The notes under the pieces are model-generated. The model saw only the letters and a program-made list of their open reading frames with translations, made no database searches and was not told the DNA's origin. From a virus (taxonomy: Duplodnaviria; Caudoviricetes), in IMG/VR virus record IMGVR_UViG_3300017963_000320, positions 1 through 54,348 of that record: 54,348 bases of DNA; one strand, given 5' to 3'. This document shows positions 18,708-27,986 of this stretch, in pieces; the stretch's first letter is position 1; each line of letters starts with the position of its first letter. A program made the position numbers and the translations under genes.

Positions 18708-19234
18708 AGGGAATCACATATTGGATGACAGGTCTTTCAGGTGCAGGAAAGACAACCATTGCAGAACTTGCAGTGAATCAAATGCAGAAGGAAAAGATTC
18801 CTGTTGTTTGGCTTGATGGTGACATGATGCGAAAAGGCTTGTGTCATGATTTAGGATTCAGCAATGATGACAGGACAGAAAACATCAGAAGGATTGCACA
18901 TGTTGCAAAGCAAATCAATGACAATGGAATTGATGTCATTGTCAGCATGATCACACCCCGATATTCACAAAGGCAACTTGCAAACATCATCCTGTTGAAA
19001 TCTTTCAGGGAAGTTTATATCAGCACACCTTTGACTGTCTGTGAAGATCGTGACCCAAAAGGATTGTATAAGAAAGCAAGGAAAGGTGAAATTGAAAACT
19101 TCACAGGGATTGGATCAATCTATGAAAACCCACAAAACCCTTCACTGCAACTGACACATTTCATGACAGCACATGAATCAGCAAGAAGACTTTTCAAATA
19201 CATAAAACAAGAAGGTGCAGAAAATGGAATTTGA
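18704..19234 (+). CDS. cysC: Adenylyl-sulfate (APS) kinase
   Basis: WMTGLSGAGKTT, LDGD, DLGFS..DR.ENIRR, RDPKGLYKKARKGEIENFTGI..YE.P. Confidence 0.95.
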   Translation: MKGITYWMTGLSGAGKTTIAELAVNQMQKEKIPVVWLDGDMMRKGLCHDLGFSNDDRTENIRRIAHVAKQINDNGIDVIVSMITPRYSQRQLANIILLKSFREVYISTPLTVCEDRDPKGLYKKARKGEIENFTGIGSIYENPQNPSLQLTHFMTAHESARRLFKYIKQEGAENGI

Positions 19235-19436
19235 AATTGATGAAACAGTTTTGATCACACTGAAACAATACACAATTGCCAATGGTGCAAATCCAATTGA
19301 AGTTGAAGGTGTGATTGAAAGAATAGAAAACAAACCATATCACAAGGTTTTCCATGTCAGATATTTTGACAGACAAATAAACGAAGAAACAGTTGGCAGA
19401 TTTTATTCTGTCAGAAAAAAGGAGAAAACACAATGA
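19224..19436 (+). CDS. Hypothetical protein
   Basis: Coupled ORF. Confidence 0.6.
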   Translation: MEFEIDETVLITLKQYTIANGANPIEVEGVIERIENKPYHKVFHVRYFDRQINEETVGRFYSVRKKEKTQ

Positions 19437-19813
19437 ACCTGATTCCACCATTGACACATGAAGTAAAACTGCAAACAGGCAAAATGTCACCTGTTCACAC
19501 TAATCATCAAGGTTGCGAGTCAATCAGATGTGAAGGAACAGAAAAGCACAAAGGTTGCGGTGAATGGAAGTATTGGACAAAGTTTCATCCATCCATGCTG
19601 AAGACAGAAAAGCCAAGATGCAAAGAATGCCTGAAGAAAGCAGATGATGAAAGAACAAGAAGAAGAATCAAAGAAAGATCAGATCACAAAACAATCAATG
19701 ATTTGAAAACCATGATTGAAAACATTGAAAATCAGATTGCCAGCACTGACAGAAGGAAGATTCACCTTCAAGGACAATTGGCAATTCTTCAGGAACTTCT
19801 TGAAAAACAATAA
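19433..19813 (+). CDS. Hypothetical protein (Cys motif plus coiled coil)
   Basis: RBS; CGEWK...CKEC. Confidence 0.65.
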   Translation: MNLIPPLTHEVKLQTGKMSPVHTNHQGCESIRCEGTEKHKGCGEWKYWTKFHPSMLKTEKPRCKECLKKADDERTRRRIKERSDHKTINDLKTMIENIENQIASTDRRKIHLQGQLAILQELLEKQ

Positions 19814-19830
19814 AACAGGAGATCACAAAA

Positions 19831-20181
19831 ATGACAGAAGCTAAAAAAAGGCAATTGGAAATTGGTGAATGCATTGTCAATGAAAAGATGGAAACTGAAC
19901 AATACCTTTACGCAGAAGAAGCATACATCAAACACCTTATATGCAATCAATCACAGGAACCACAGGATGAAAAAAAGATACCACCTGAAGTTGATGATGA
20001 AACAGGCAAGAAGATTGAAGAATATTTGAAAGAAGTCAGGAACAAAAGAAATTCAATCCTTGAAGAATTTACAAAAGCATATTTGGCAGAAACAGGATTG
20101 AAACCAAGTGAAGTTGAAATGATCACAGAACTTGGAAAGAATGGAACAATGGTCACATCTTTCAGGGCAAAGGAGAATTGA
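19831..20181 (+). CDS. Hypothetical protein
   Basis: AGGAGA RBS. Confidence 0.65.
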   Translation: MTEAKKRQLEIGECIVNEKMETEQYLYAEEAYIKHLICNQSQEPQDEKKIPPEVDDETGKKIEEYLKEVRNKRNSILEEFTKAYLAETGLKPSEVEMITELGKNGTMVTSFRAKEN

Positions 20182-20184
20182 AAA

Positions 20185-20445
20185 ATGGAACACGAGGTTT
20201 TTAGAAAGATTGAAAATGAAAAACCTATTCAGCTTTATTCACTTTGGGAAGACAAGCAGACAGGGAATATTTATGTCCTGACACCAACTTCAACAAATCA
20301 TTCAAGATACCTGTGCAGGAATTTACTGAAACCCGATTTCATTTGGTTAGGATCAGCAAAAACAATGCAGGAAGCAACAAAGGGATTGACCTATTTTGAT
20401 GGGATGATCCAAGTCAGCAACAAACCAATTGAAAATTTCATATAA
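20185..20445 (+). CDS. Hypothetical protein
   Basis: AAGGAGAAT RBS. Confidence 0.65.
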   Translation: MEHEVFRKIENEKPIQLYSLWEDKQTGNIYVLTPTSTNHSRYLCRNLLKPDFIWLGSAKTMQEATKGLTYFDGMIQVSNKPIENFI

Positions 20446-20457
20446 GGAGAAAGCAAA

Positions 20458-20700
20458 ATGTACGAACTTGAATTCAGAGCATGGAAAAAGGTTAAGGGCA
20501 TCCCTCATGAATATTCAGGACATTTCTTTGTGAAGAAAATCACCATGACAGGATTTGATGCACTTCTGCAATTTGAAGACAGAATCAATCAGGCACTTGG
20601 TGGTGGTTTTTGGGTTGAATGCACATGGAACAAACTTGATGATGCAAGAATTCTTGAAACACAAGAAGACCTGATTGAAAGATTGGAGAATCAAAAATGA
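20458..20700 (+). CDS. Hypothetical protein
   Basis: AAGGAGA RBS. Confidence 0.65.
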   Translation: MYELEFRAWKKVKGIPHEYSGHFFVKKITMTGFDALLQFEDRINQALGGGFWVECTWNKLDDARILETQEDLIERLENQK

Positions 20701-20734
20701 AACTTTTTGAAAAAAAAGTGAACCCCAAAATCCC

Positions 20735-20755
20735 AAATCTATAGATTTTATTTTG
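20735..20755. promoter_or_regulatory. Palindrome overlapping a partial operator
   Basis: AAATCTATAGATTT is a perfect 14-bp palindrome built from two operator half-sites. Confidence 0.5.
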
Positions 20756-20797
20756 ATACAAAAACCAACAATTCAATTTGGTGCTGATGGTGGATTC

Positions 20798-21088
20798 ATG
20801 GCAGAAATCATTCAACTGAATTCTGCTGTTCCACCTGACACCATGAAGCAACTCGAAAATGCTGACTACATGCCAGCAAAACAAATGACTGGACAAGGGG
20901 AATTTGAATTGACCCTTTCTTTCATTGAACCAGCAATGACCATCACATGCAAAGTGAAACCAAGCATCAGGAGAAAGGCACATTCAAGAAAGTGGATGCA
21001 TTGCAGGAAGGCAAGATTCAGCAGGGCAGGATCAATCACTGTCACTGCAAGGAACCTGTCAGGATTGACCCCTGCTTCACTTTATTGA
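20798..21088 (+). CDS. Hypothetical protein
   Basis: Genome-typical codon usage; no clear SD; start uncertain. Confidence 0.5.
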   Translation: MAEIIQLNSAVPPDTMKQLENADYMPAKQMTGQGEFELTLSFIEPAMTITCKVKPSIRRKAHSRKWMHCRKARFSRAGSITVTARNLSGLTPASLY

Positions 21089-21110
21089 TTCAGGTGCATC
21101 AGAAGCTGTC

Positions 21111-21150
21111 CTGATGCTTAAAGTGGCTTAGAATGGCTTAAAATGGCTCA
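21111..21150. repeat. Degenerate 10-bp tandem repeat upstream of early promoter 2
   Basis: ctgatgctta aagtggctta gaatggctta aaatggctca. Confidence 0.55.
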
Positions 21151-21235
21151 TTCAGGATGATGATTTCAGGAAGAACACCTGATTTCATGCCAAAAACACC
21201 CCAAAAATACGCCCAAAATGCCGATGAACCCTGCC

Positions 21236-21346
21236 TTTTCCCTTTAGTTTTCTTCAGGAAAAAGGGAAAAATTTAGCCTCAAAACATTATTTTTTATAAA
21301 AAAAATAGTGGAAAGGGGTTGAAAAAGCATAGATAAAATCTATTCT
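21236..21346 (+). promoter_or_regulatory. Early promoter, copy 2
   Basis: Same 20-bp box (21236-21255), TTTAGCCTCAAAA (21272), TTGAAA-N16-TATTCT with operator at 21329-21343. Confidence 0.8.
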
Positions 21347-21379
21347 TTAAGCATCAACAGAAACAAAGGAGAATTCAAA

Positions 21380-21802
21380 ATGATCACTTCAACTGAAAGC
21401 AAAGAAATGACAGTCAGCAACCTGAAAGGTGGACAAATCAAAATTGATGTGTGGACAATCACCCACAACCATGATGAAGTTCGTCACTGTGTTTTCTACA
21501 AACATGAAGATGGCAAAACCTTACAGGCAGTTGAAGAAGAACTTGAAGGTGCAATTGGAATGCTTCAGTGGGCAATCATCGGCTACGACAAAAAGAAAGC
21601 AATGGAAGTTGCCAAGAAAGAAGCAGACATGTTCATCAAGCAGGACACAAGAATCGCAGGGTTGAAATGTCCAACAAATGTTATCATCAATCAGGCTTGT
21701 GAAGAAGCCTGCAAGCGTCACAAAGTTGAAGATGTTGAAGGATTGAAAAGACTGATGAAAAGCACACACATTCACACAATGAAAATTCAGGGGTTGGCAT
21801 AA
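21380..21802 (+). CDS. Hypothetical early protein
   Basis: RBS; first gene after promoter 2. Confidence 0.75.
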   Translation: MITSTESKEMTVSNLKGGQIKIDVWTITHNHDEVRHCVFYKHEDGKTLQAVEEELEGAIGMLQWAIIGYDKKKAMEVAKKEADMFIKQDTRIAGLKCPTNVIINQACEEACKRHKVEDVEGLKRLMKSTHIHTMKIQGLA

Positions 21803-21830
21803 AGCCACCCCAAACAAAGGAGAATCAAAA

Positions 21831-22472
21831 ATGCAATTACTTACAAGAAAAAAGAGTGAGCAAACAGGAAGAACCTATACCAAAGCAATCAACCTGAAAG
21901 AGCTTGTCAACAATCTAATGCCTGAAGCAGAACTTTCAGAAAGTGAACATGCAGACTTCATCAGGACAGATTCAGGAATCAGTTTCAGAATTGAAATTTC
22001 AAGAAGTTACCCATATACACACAAGTTGACTTTTGCCTACTACGCAGGATACAGGATCAAGGCTGTGAAACGATGGATGAAAATTGATCATGGTGAAATT
22101 GACATGAACAAAGTTCAAAAGAAGTTTAATCAGTTCCAGCAGGAAGCAACTTATGCAAAGAATCTTGAAAATGAAAAGCAAGCACAAGAGCAAGAGAGAA
22201 AATCAAAGAAGGAACACTTTAAGCAGGAACTTGAAACACTGATGCCTCAACTGCTGGAACTTGGCATCGCAGAAGAATATACTTCATACGATGGTTCACT
22301 TGCCTATAATAGCAAACTGAAAGTAAAAGAAACAAACTATGGGCATGTGTGGATTGACTTCAATGATGGATCAAGTGAATTCCATTTTGACAGCATTGAT
22401 GGTGTCAAAGAATTCCTGATCCTTTATCCACAACTGAAAGCAGTCACAGACAAAATCAAAGTCTTGAAATAA
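21831..22472 (+). CDS. Hypothetical early protein
   Basis: Hairpin plus AAAGGAGAATC RBS. Confidence 0.75.
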   Translation: MQLLTRKKSEQTGRTYTKAINLKELVNNLMPEAELSESEHADFIRTDSGISFRIEISRSYPYTHKLTFAYYAGYRIKAVKRWMKIDHGEIDMNKVQKKFNQFQQEATYAKNLENEKQAQEQERKSKKEHFKQELETLMPQLLELGIAEEYTSYDGSLAYNSKLKVKETNYGHVWIDFNDGSSEFHFDSIDGVKEFLILYPQLKAVTDKIKVLK

Positions 22473-22492
22473 TCACAAAGGAGAATCAGAGA

Positions 22493-22768
22493 ATGAGAAG
22501 AAAATCAAATCCAGCAGAGAAAGAAGCAGAACTGCTTCAAATCAGACAGGCAAAATGGCGCAGTCAATATCATTGCATCAAGGTTCTGAATGGAATTGCG
22601 ACTGTTGGATCAGAAGTTTATTTTTCACCAAGAAAAAAAGGAAAGGTTGTGTCAATCTCATTGACTGAATCAGGTCAAGGGCAGACAGTGACATTTGAAA
22701 CATCAAAGGGTTTGATGACACGAGGCGCAGAAAGTCTTGAAATAATTACAAAGGAGAATCAGAAATGA
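22493..22768 (+). CDS. Hypothetical protein
   Basis: AAAGGAGAATC RBS. Confidence 0.7.
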   Translation: MRRKSNPAEKEAELLQIRQAKWRSQYHCIKVLNGIATVGSEVYFSPRKKGKVVSISLTESGQGQTVTFETSKGLMTRGAESLEIITKENQK

Positions 22769-22947
22769 AACAGGTCAGCAAGAAGCAACTGAAAGAATGC
22801 CTGAAATTATTAAGGGATTATGGATTCAAAGGTGAATTGAATAAGCCTGCAAAGATCAAGGTTGAATGGAAAAACAGACATTTCACAAATGTGAAATTTA
22901 TCAATGCAAACATTTATGCAGTGATGGATTTCATCAGGGAACACTGA
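22765..22947 (+). CDS. Hypothetical protein
   Basis: AAGGAGAATC RBS. Confidence 0.7.
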   Translation: MKQVSKKQLKECLKLLRDYGFKGELNKPAKIKVEWKNRHFTNVKFINANIYAVMDFIREH

Positions 22948-22963
22948 AAAGGAGAATTGAAAA

Positions 22964-23182
22964 ATGGCAACACTGAAAATCTATTTTGACAATGAACTGA
23001 TTGAAGCAACCAATGTGACAATCTGCCTGAATGAACTTGAAGGACATTCACATTCTGAAGTCAGGATCAGCACAAACTATTCGGGTGACAAAATGATCAT
23101 CAAGGCAACAGACATGAATGTTGAAGAACTGTCCATGTCAGAAGCACACAAGAACATGAAACTAAAACTGAAGGAAAGTTGA
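22964..23182 (+). CDS. Hypothetical protein
   Basis: AAGGAGAAT RBS. Confidence 0.7.
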   Translation: MATLKIYFDNELIEATNVTICLNELEGHSHSEVRISTNYSGDKMIIKATDMNVEELSMSEAHKNMKLKLKES

Positions 23183-23183
23183 A

Positions 23184-23363
23184 ATGAAAAAGAAATGGAA
23201 ATCAATTGCACAGCCAAACCCCTTTTACAGTCAAAAGGAAGCTGAAGAATATGCAAAAGGTTATGCATATGCAGTGAAAGGAAACAACATAAAAGAGAAT
23301 CAAGGAGACGCACGGGAAGCAGGGTTTGCTGATGGTGTCTTTGATGCAAAGCTGAATGAGTGA
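23184..23363 (+). CDS. 59-aa hypothetical protein (not in the ORF track)
   Basis: Hand translation MKKKWKSIAQPNPFYSQKEAEEYAKGY...DAKLNE*. Confidence 0.6.
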   Translation: MKKKWKSIAQPNPFYSQKEAEEYAKGYAYAVKGNNIKENQGDAREAGFADGVFDAKLNE

Positions 23364-23411
23364 AGGAGAATCCAAAATGAAATAATAAAATCAATAGATA
23401 AAATCTTGAAC

Positions 23412-23444
23412 AGGCAGATTGCAAAAGTGCAGTCTGCCTTTTTT
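23412..23444 (+). terminator. Rho-independent terminator closing the early island
   Basis: AGGCAGATTGCA-AAAG-TGCAGTCTGCCT-TTTTT. Confidence 0.8.
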
Positions 23445-23452
23445 ATTTTCCC

Positions 23453-23481
23453 TTGCGTCATTGTTATTTCATCTTTATATT
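23453..23481 (+). promoter_or_regulatory. Putative promoter for the portal/head operon
   Basis: TTGCGT-N17-TATATT upstream of ATG 23512. Confidence 0.45.
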
Positions 23482-23511
23482 TGCACCAATAAATTTTTTA
23501 CAGGTACAAAT

Positions 23512-24972
23512 ATGAATCCACAACCAAATGAAAAACAGGCAAAGATGAATGATGACATGGCAAGAGCCATGATGATTGTCAATACATTCCTGACCCGATC
23601 ACAATTACAGGCACAGCTTGGTTATCAATACGGCACTGAGCGTGACATGTATGAAGCACTTGGATACAAAAGAACACCTACCTTTGAAGACTTTGAAGCA
23701 ATGTACGACAGACAGGACATTGCAAAAACAATCATTGACATTCCTGCCGATGGAACTTGGAAGGGTGAACCCTGCATTGAACAAGTTGGAATGTTGGAAG
23801 GAAAGGTTGATTCCCCTTTTGAAATTAAGTTCCAGCAGATTGCGAACGATTTGAAACTGTGGACATATTTCAACAGGGTTGACAAGATCAGTCAACGTGG
23901 TGAATATGCTGTTTTGTTTCTTGGCTTTGATGATGCAAAGGATTTCAAGCAACTGAAGAACCCTGTTTCAGAAAACACAGAAGGTCTTTCAATCACACAC
24001 ATTCGCCCGATCAGTCAACCAAATGCACAGATCAGCAAATTCAATTCTGATCCTTCATCTTCAAGATTTCAACAGCCTGAGATATACACACTGACTTTTG
24101 ATGATCAGTCACAGCTTCAAGGATCAACTGATCAAGATACAAAATCAAAGTCAGTCAATGTTCATTGGTCAAGAGTTCTGCACATTGCATCTGATCTTCA
24201 GGAATCAGACATCTACGGAACACCTACATTGAAAGCAATCTTGAACAGATTGTTTGATTTGGAAAAAGTGGTTGGTGGAAACAGTGAAGCATTTTGGCGT
24301 GGTGCATATCCTGCAACACAGTTCGACCTTGATCCTGATGTTCAGTTGTCACCAAAAGAGAAAGAAGAACTGCGTGATCAGACAAATGATTTTATAAACA
24401 AATTCAAAAGGACAATCAGAACAAGGGGAATGGACATCAAAGAATTTTCTGCACAAGCAGTTGATCCTTCAGGTGCATTTGATGTCATCATGAAATTGAT
24501 TTCTGCAAAAACAAGAATTCCAATGCGAATGTTGACAGGTTCTGAACGTGGTGAATTATCATCAAGTCAGGACATGGTTTCATTCAATGAAATGCTGTTG
24601 GAAAGAAAAGAAGATTTTGCAACACCTTGTGTGATCAAGCCATTCATTGACAGGTTAATCAAATACGGCATCTTGCCACCTGTTGAATACACTGTGACAT
24701 GGCATCCTGTTACAGTCAGGGATGCAGAAAAACAATCTGTTGTCACAAAGAACCTGACTGAATCAATTGTCAAATATTCTGAATCACTTCCTGCACAGAT
24801 GATTGTTCAACCAAAAGATTTTTTCACAAGGATTCTTGGCTTGTCAATTACAGAAGCTGAAACATTGCTTGAAGAAATGGATGGACAGTTCGATGATGAA
24901 GAAGAAGATGATGAATTTGATTTTGAAATAATTGAAAAAGAACAGGACAATGAACAAACCCCTGACAACTAA
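23512..24972 (+). CDS. Portal protein (DUF1073-type)
   Basis: YDRQDIAKTIIDIPA, VHWSRVLH, GTPTL, IPMRMLTGSERGELSS; precedes MuF-like gene. Confidence 0.85.
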   Translation: MNPQPNEKQAKMNDDMARAMMIVNTFLTRSQLQAQLGYQYGTERDMYEALGYKRTPTFEDFEAMYDRQDIAKTIIDIPADGTWKGEPCIEQVGMLEGKVDSPFEIKFQQIANDLKLWTYFNRVDKISQRGEYAVLFLGFDDAKDFKQLKNPVSENTEGLSITHIRPISQPNAQISKFNSDPSSSRFQQPEIYTLTFDDQSQLQGSTDQDTKSKSVNVHWSRVLHIASDLQESDIYGTPTLKAILNRLFDLEKVVGGNSEAFWRGAYPATQFDLDPDVQLSPKEKEELRDQTNDFINKFKRTIRTRGMDIKEFSAQAVDPSGAFDVIMKLISAKTRIPMRMLTGSERGELSSSQDMVSFNEMLLERKEDFATPCVIKPFIDRLIKYGILPPVEYTVTWHPVTVRDAEKQSVVTKNLTESIVKYSESLPAQMIVQPKDFFTRILGLSITEAETLLEEMDGQFDDEEEDDEFDFEIIEKEQDNEQTPDN

Positions 24973-27124
24973 TCTTCTGCCAGCACAGAAAGACCCCACA
25001 CATACACTGACAATCAGGAATAAATTTGTCAGTGAATTCAGGAGACGTTTGCGAACAATCAGGGGTTTCATCACAAAGTCTTTGGTTGACAATGATGCAC
25101 TTGGTTTGATCAATACATCAGGACAGGGCAGGGAATCATTCAGGCGATTCACAGGCAACATGCCAGCAGGAAGGAATCAGTTTGTCAGACCTACACAAGC
25201 AGGATCAATCCAAGCATTCAGGGAATGGTTTCAGGAACAGCTTGATGAACAGGTTCTGCAAGTGACAAGGAATCCATTGACAGGAACAGTTGAACAGATC
25301 AGACCACAGTGGACAGAAAAATATATTCAGCAAGGCTATTTGTCAGGGGTGAATCAAGCAACTGAATCTGTCAGGGCATCAGGAATCATCACACCATCCA
25401 TTGCACCAACAATTGACAAGCTGAATCTTGTTCAGATACAAGCAAACCCTGTTCACGCATCAGCAATGGAAACATTGTTTCAAAGAACCTTTTCAGAATT
25501 GACAGGAATGACTGACACAATGAAACAACAGGTTGCAAGAAATCTTGCTGATGGATTGCTTGCAGGTGACGGTCCACGAGCCATTGCAAGGAACATGAAC
25601 AAGACAATGCAAACACTTGGAAAAAGGGCAGAAGTAATTGCAAGGACAGAAACCATCCGAGCACATGCAAATGCATCCCTGAATCAGATGTCTGTTCTTG
25701 GTGTCACTGAAGTCAATGTTGTGGTGGAATTTTCCACAGCAGGTGACAACAGAGTTTGTCCACAGTGTTCATATTTGGAAGGAAGGATTTTCACAATTGA
25801 AAAGGCACAGGGAATCATCCCTGTTCATCCACAATGCAGATGCACATGGATTCCTGCCAATGTGGGTGAAAGGCGTGATCCAAATGTGTCAGATGAAGGC
25901 TTTGGTGACAGGATACCACAAAGCAGGATTGAAGAATTTGGTGATGTCAGGATTTCAGATGTTGAAAGGGAAGTCACAGACATTATTGGTTTCACCCCAC
26001 CATCCCGAGCAATACCGAATAAAACGATCCTGCATGGAAAAGATGGTGAAAGGGGTGTCAGTGTTGCCTATTCGGAGATAAACGCTTCAGGATGCCTTGA
26101 AATCCATTATACCGATGGACTGTTTCAGAATGTTGGAAAGGTTCAGGGATCAGGGATCAAGGACATTCAGATTCAAAATGAAAGGCTTTTAATCCACACC
26201 ACAGAAGGAAAGGTCTTTGATGTGGGTTCAGTCATGGGCAGGGCAGGAAAAGACGGTCAGGATGGAAAGAATGGGATTGATGGCAGGACAGGTGACAAGG
26301 GTGAAGATGGAATTGGAATCAAAGGAACAGGTCTGATTGATGGAATGCTGTTTCTTGAATTGACAAATGGCAACATTCACAATCTTGGAAAGGTCATTGG
26401 TGATGCAGGTGCAAAGGGTGACAAAGGTGATGCAGGCAAACAAGGTGAACAAGGTGAAGCAGGGCAAGATGGAATCAATGCAGACATCATTGAAAGCATC
26501 AGTCACAATGACAACACAATCATTTTCAATTTTGAATCAGGCAGGGTGATTGAAACTGAACTTCAATTGAATGAAGCAAAGCCTGAAGAATTTGTTGAAA
26601 GAATTGAATTGAACAATGCAAAGACCATGTGGCGATTCAGAATGTTTGGTGAAGCATGGTCTGAATGGATCAGGATCGGTGGTCGTGGTGGTGGTGGTGG
26701 AATAGGTGAAGCACCAAAGGACGGAAAGACCTATGGAAGAAACAATGGCGAATGGGTTGAAGTTTCAACAGGTGATGGTCTTGAAACTGTCAACTTCACT
26801 TTTGCAAGAAACAGCAGGAATGTGACCGACCAATATTTGCGTGGCATTGATGGTCAACGATCAAACCTTTCAAGCTATGTTGCACCATTCAATGCAACGA
26901 TATACAAGATCACAGTTGCAACAGCAGACACAGAATCATGGACAGCAGAAGTCAGAAAGAATGGAAGTGCAACTGTTGAAACTTCTGCAACTATGTCAGG
27001 AGAATCATTGAAGGTTGTGACAGTCAACAAAGATGTTGATGAAGGCGATCTTTTGCAACTTTATTGCAATGGAATAAATATTAACAGACCAACAGTAACG
27101 ATATACTTAAAGCGGAGAAATTAA
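24950..27124 (+). CDS. MuF/SPP1 gp7-like head morphogenesis protein fused to collagen repeats, a foldon and a beta-rich C-terminal domain
   Basis: RAEVIARTETIRA, DNRVCPQC, PVHPQCRCT; G-X-Y runs; EAPKDGKTYGRNNGEWV. Confidence 0.8.
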   Translation: MNKPLTTNLLPAQKDPTHTLTIRNKFVSEFRRRLRTIRGFITKSLVDNDALGLINTSGQGRESFRRFTGNMPAGRNQFVRPTQAGSIQAFREWFQEQLDEQVLQVTRNPLTGTVEQIRPQWTEKYIQQGYLSGVNQATESVRASGIITPSIAPTIDKLNLVQIQANPVHASAMETLFQRTFSELTGMTDTMKQQVARNLADGLLAGDGPRAIARNMNKTMQTLGKRAEVIARTETIRAHANASLNQMSVLGVTEVNVVVEFSTAGDNRVCPQCSYLEGRIFTIEKAQGIIPVHPQCRCTWIPANVGERRDPNVSDEGFGDRIPQSRIEEFGDVRISDVEREVTDIIGFTPPSRAIPNKTILHGKDGERGVSVAYSEINASGCLEIHYTDGLFQNVGKVQGSGIKDIQIQNERLLIHTTEGKVFDVGSVMGRAGKDGQDGKNGIDGRTGDKGEDGIGIKGTGLIDGMLFLELTNGNIHNLGKVIGDAGAKGDKGDAGKQGEQGEAGQDGINADIIESISHNDNTIIFNFESGRVIETELQLNEAKPEEFVERIELNNAKTMWRFRMFGEAWSEWIRIGGRGGGGGIGEAPKDGKTYGRNNGEWVEVSTGDGLETVNFTFARNSRNVTDQYLRGIDGQRSNLSSYVAPFNATIYKITVATADTESWTAEVRKNGSATVETSATMSGESLKVVTVNKDVDEGDLLQLYCNGININRPTVTIYLKRRN

Positions 27125-27126
27125 AA

Positions 27127-27972
27127 ATGGCTCAAGTATTATTAACAACACAGAATGTCGGATCATACACAGTTGATGATTTGGGTGGAAAAACTTTTGT
27201 TCACCCTGTGGTTGACTTTGATCTTCTGACAGAATTCACAGAAACTGACATTCAGGAAAGTGAAGACCTGCAATCATTGATTGATTCAGGTGACATTGTT
27301 CTTGAAGATACAGCAGGAAATGTTCTTGGAACAGTGCGTGACATTGGCGCACACAAACACAATCTGAAGGATGACGTTGATCAGTTCACCCTTGCAGATT
27401 TGAATGACAGGGTTTCTGATGGAACACTTGACACAACAAGTGATCCACGACCACCAAATGCACATGCAGGATCACACATTCAAGGTGCAACAGATGAAAT
27501 TGACGGTGATCAAATTGACATTGATTTCACACCTGCAAACTACACACCTGACACATCACCACCTGAAGTTGATGACCTTGATCAGTTGACAGCACACTTG
27601 AAAGGTATTGATGATGCCTTGAATGGTGTTGCAGGAAATGAAAAATACATAATCCGATTTGGAAGAAACAGGAACAATAGTGCTGATGTTTACCTGAACA
27701 ACGAAGAAGTTCCTTCAAACATTGCAGGAAGCGTTCTTGCTGTTGCTGGTACACTGACACACATTGCAGTGAAAACTGAATCACCTGTGTCTTGTACTTT
27801 TGAAATCAGAAAGAATGGTTCACCAACTGTTCTTGAAAGCATTACACTGACAGCACAAGACCTTGCTGTGAAAGCAGTCAACGTTGCATTTTCTGCACAG
27901 GATGAAGTTCAGGTCTATCTGAATGGAACATGTGACAGGGTTGTGCTTCTTCTTTCATTTACTAATCCATAA
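27127..27972 (+). CDS. Putative virion fibre/decoration protein
   Basis: C-terminus paralogous to that of the MuF fusion; N-terminus paralogous to 27987. Confidence 0.6.
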   Translation: MAQVLLTTQNVGSYTVDDLGGKTFVHPVVDFDLLTEFTETDIQESEDLQSLIDSGDIVLEDTAGNVLGTVRDIGAHKHNLKDDVDQFTLADLNDRVSDGTLDTTSDPRPPNAHAGSHIQGATDEIDGDQIDIDFTPANYTPDTSPPEVDDLDQLTAHLKGIDDALNGVAGNEKYIIRFGRNRNNSADVYLNNEEVPSNIAGSVLAVAGTLTHIAVKTESPVSCTFEIRKNGSPTVLESITLTAQDLAVKAVNVAFSAQDEVQVYLNGTCDRVVLLLSFTNP

Positions 27973-27986
27973 GGTTTGACAGGGCA

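Noticed and set aside
23476-23483. Bacteroidota-type TAnnTTTG promoter element
   Set aside because: Single instance, also explained as a sigma70 -10 box; strong AGGAG SD use argues against that host group
23512-24972. Anti-CBASS Acb1 label that databases sometimes give this family
   Set aside because: Size, motifs and position before MuF indicate a portal protein; no 2H phosphoesterase pattern recognised
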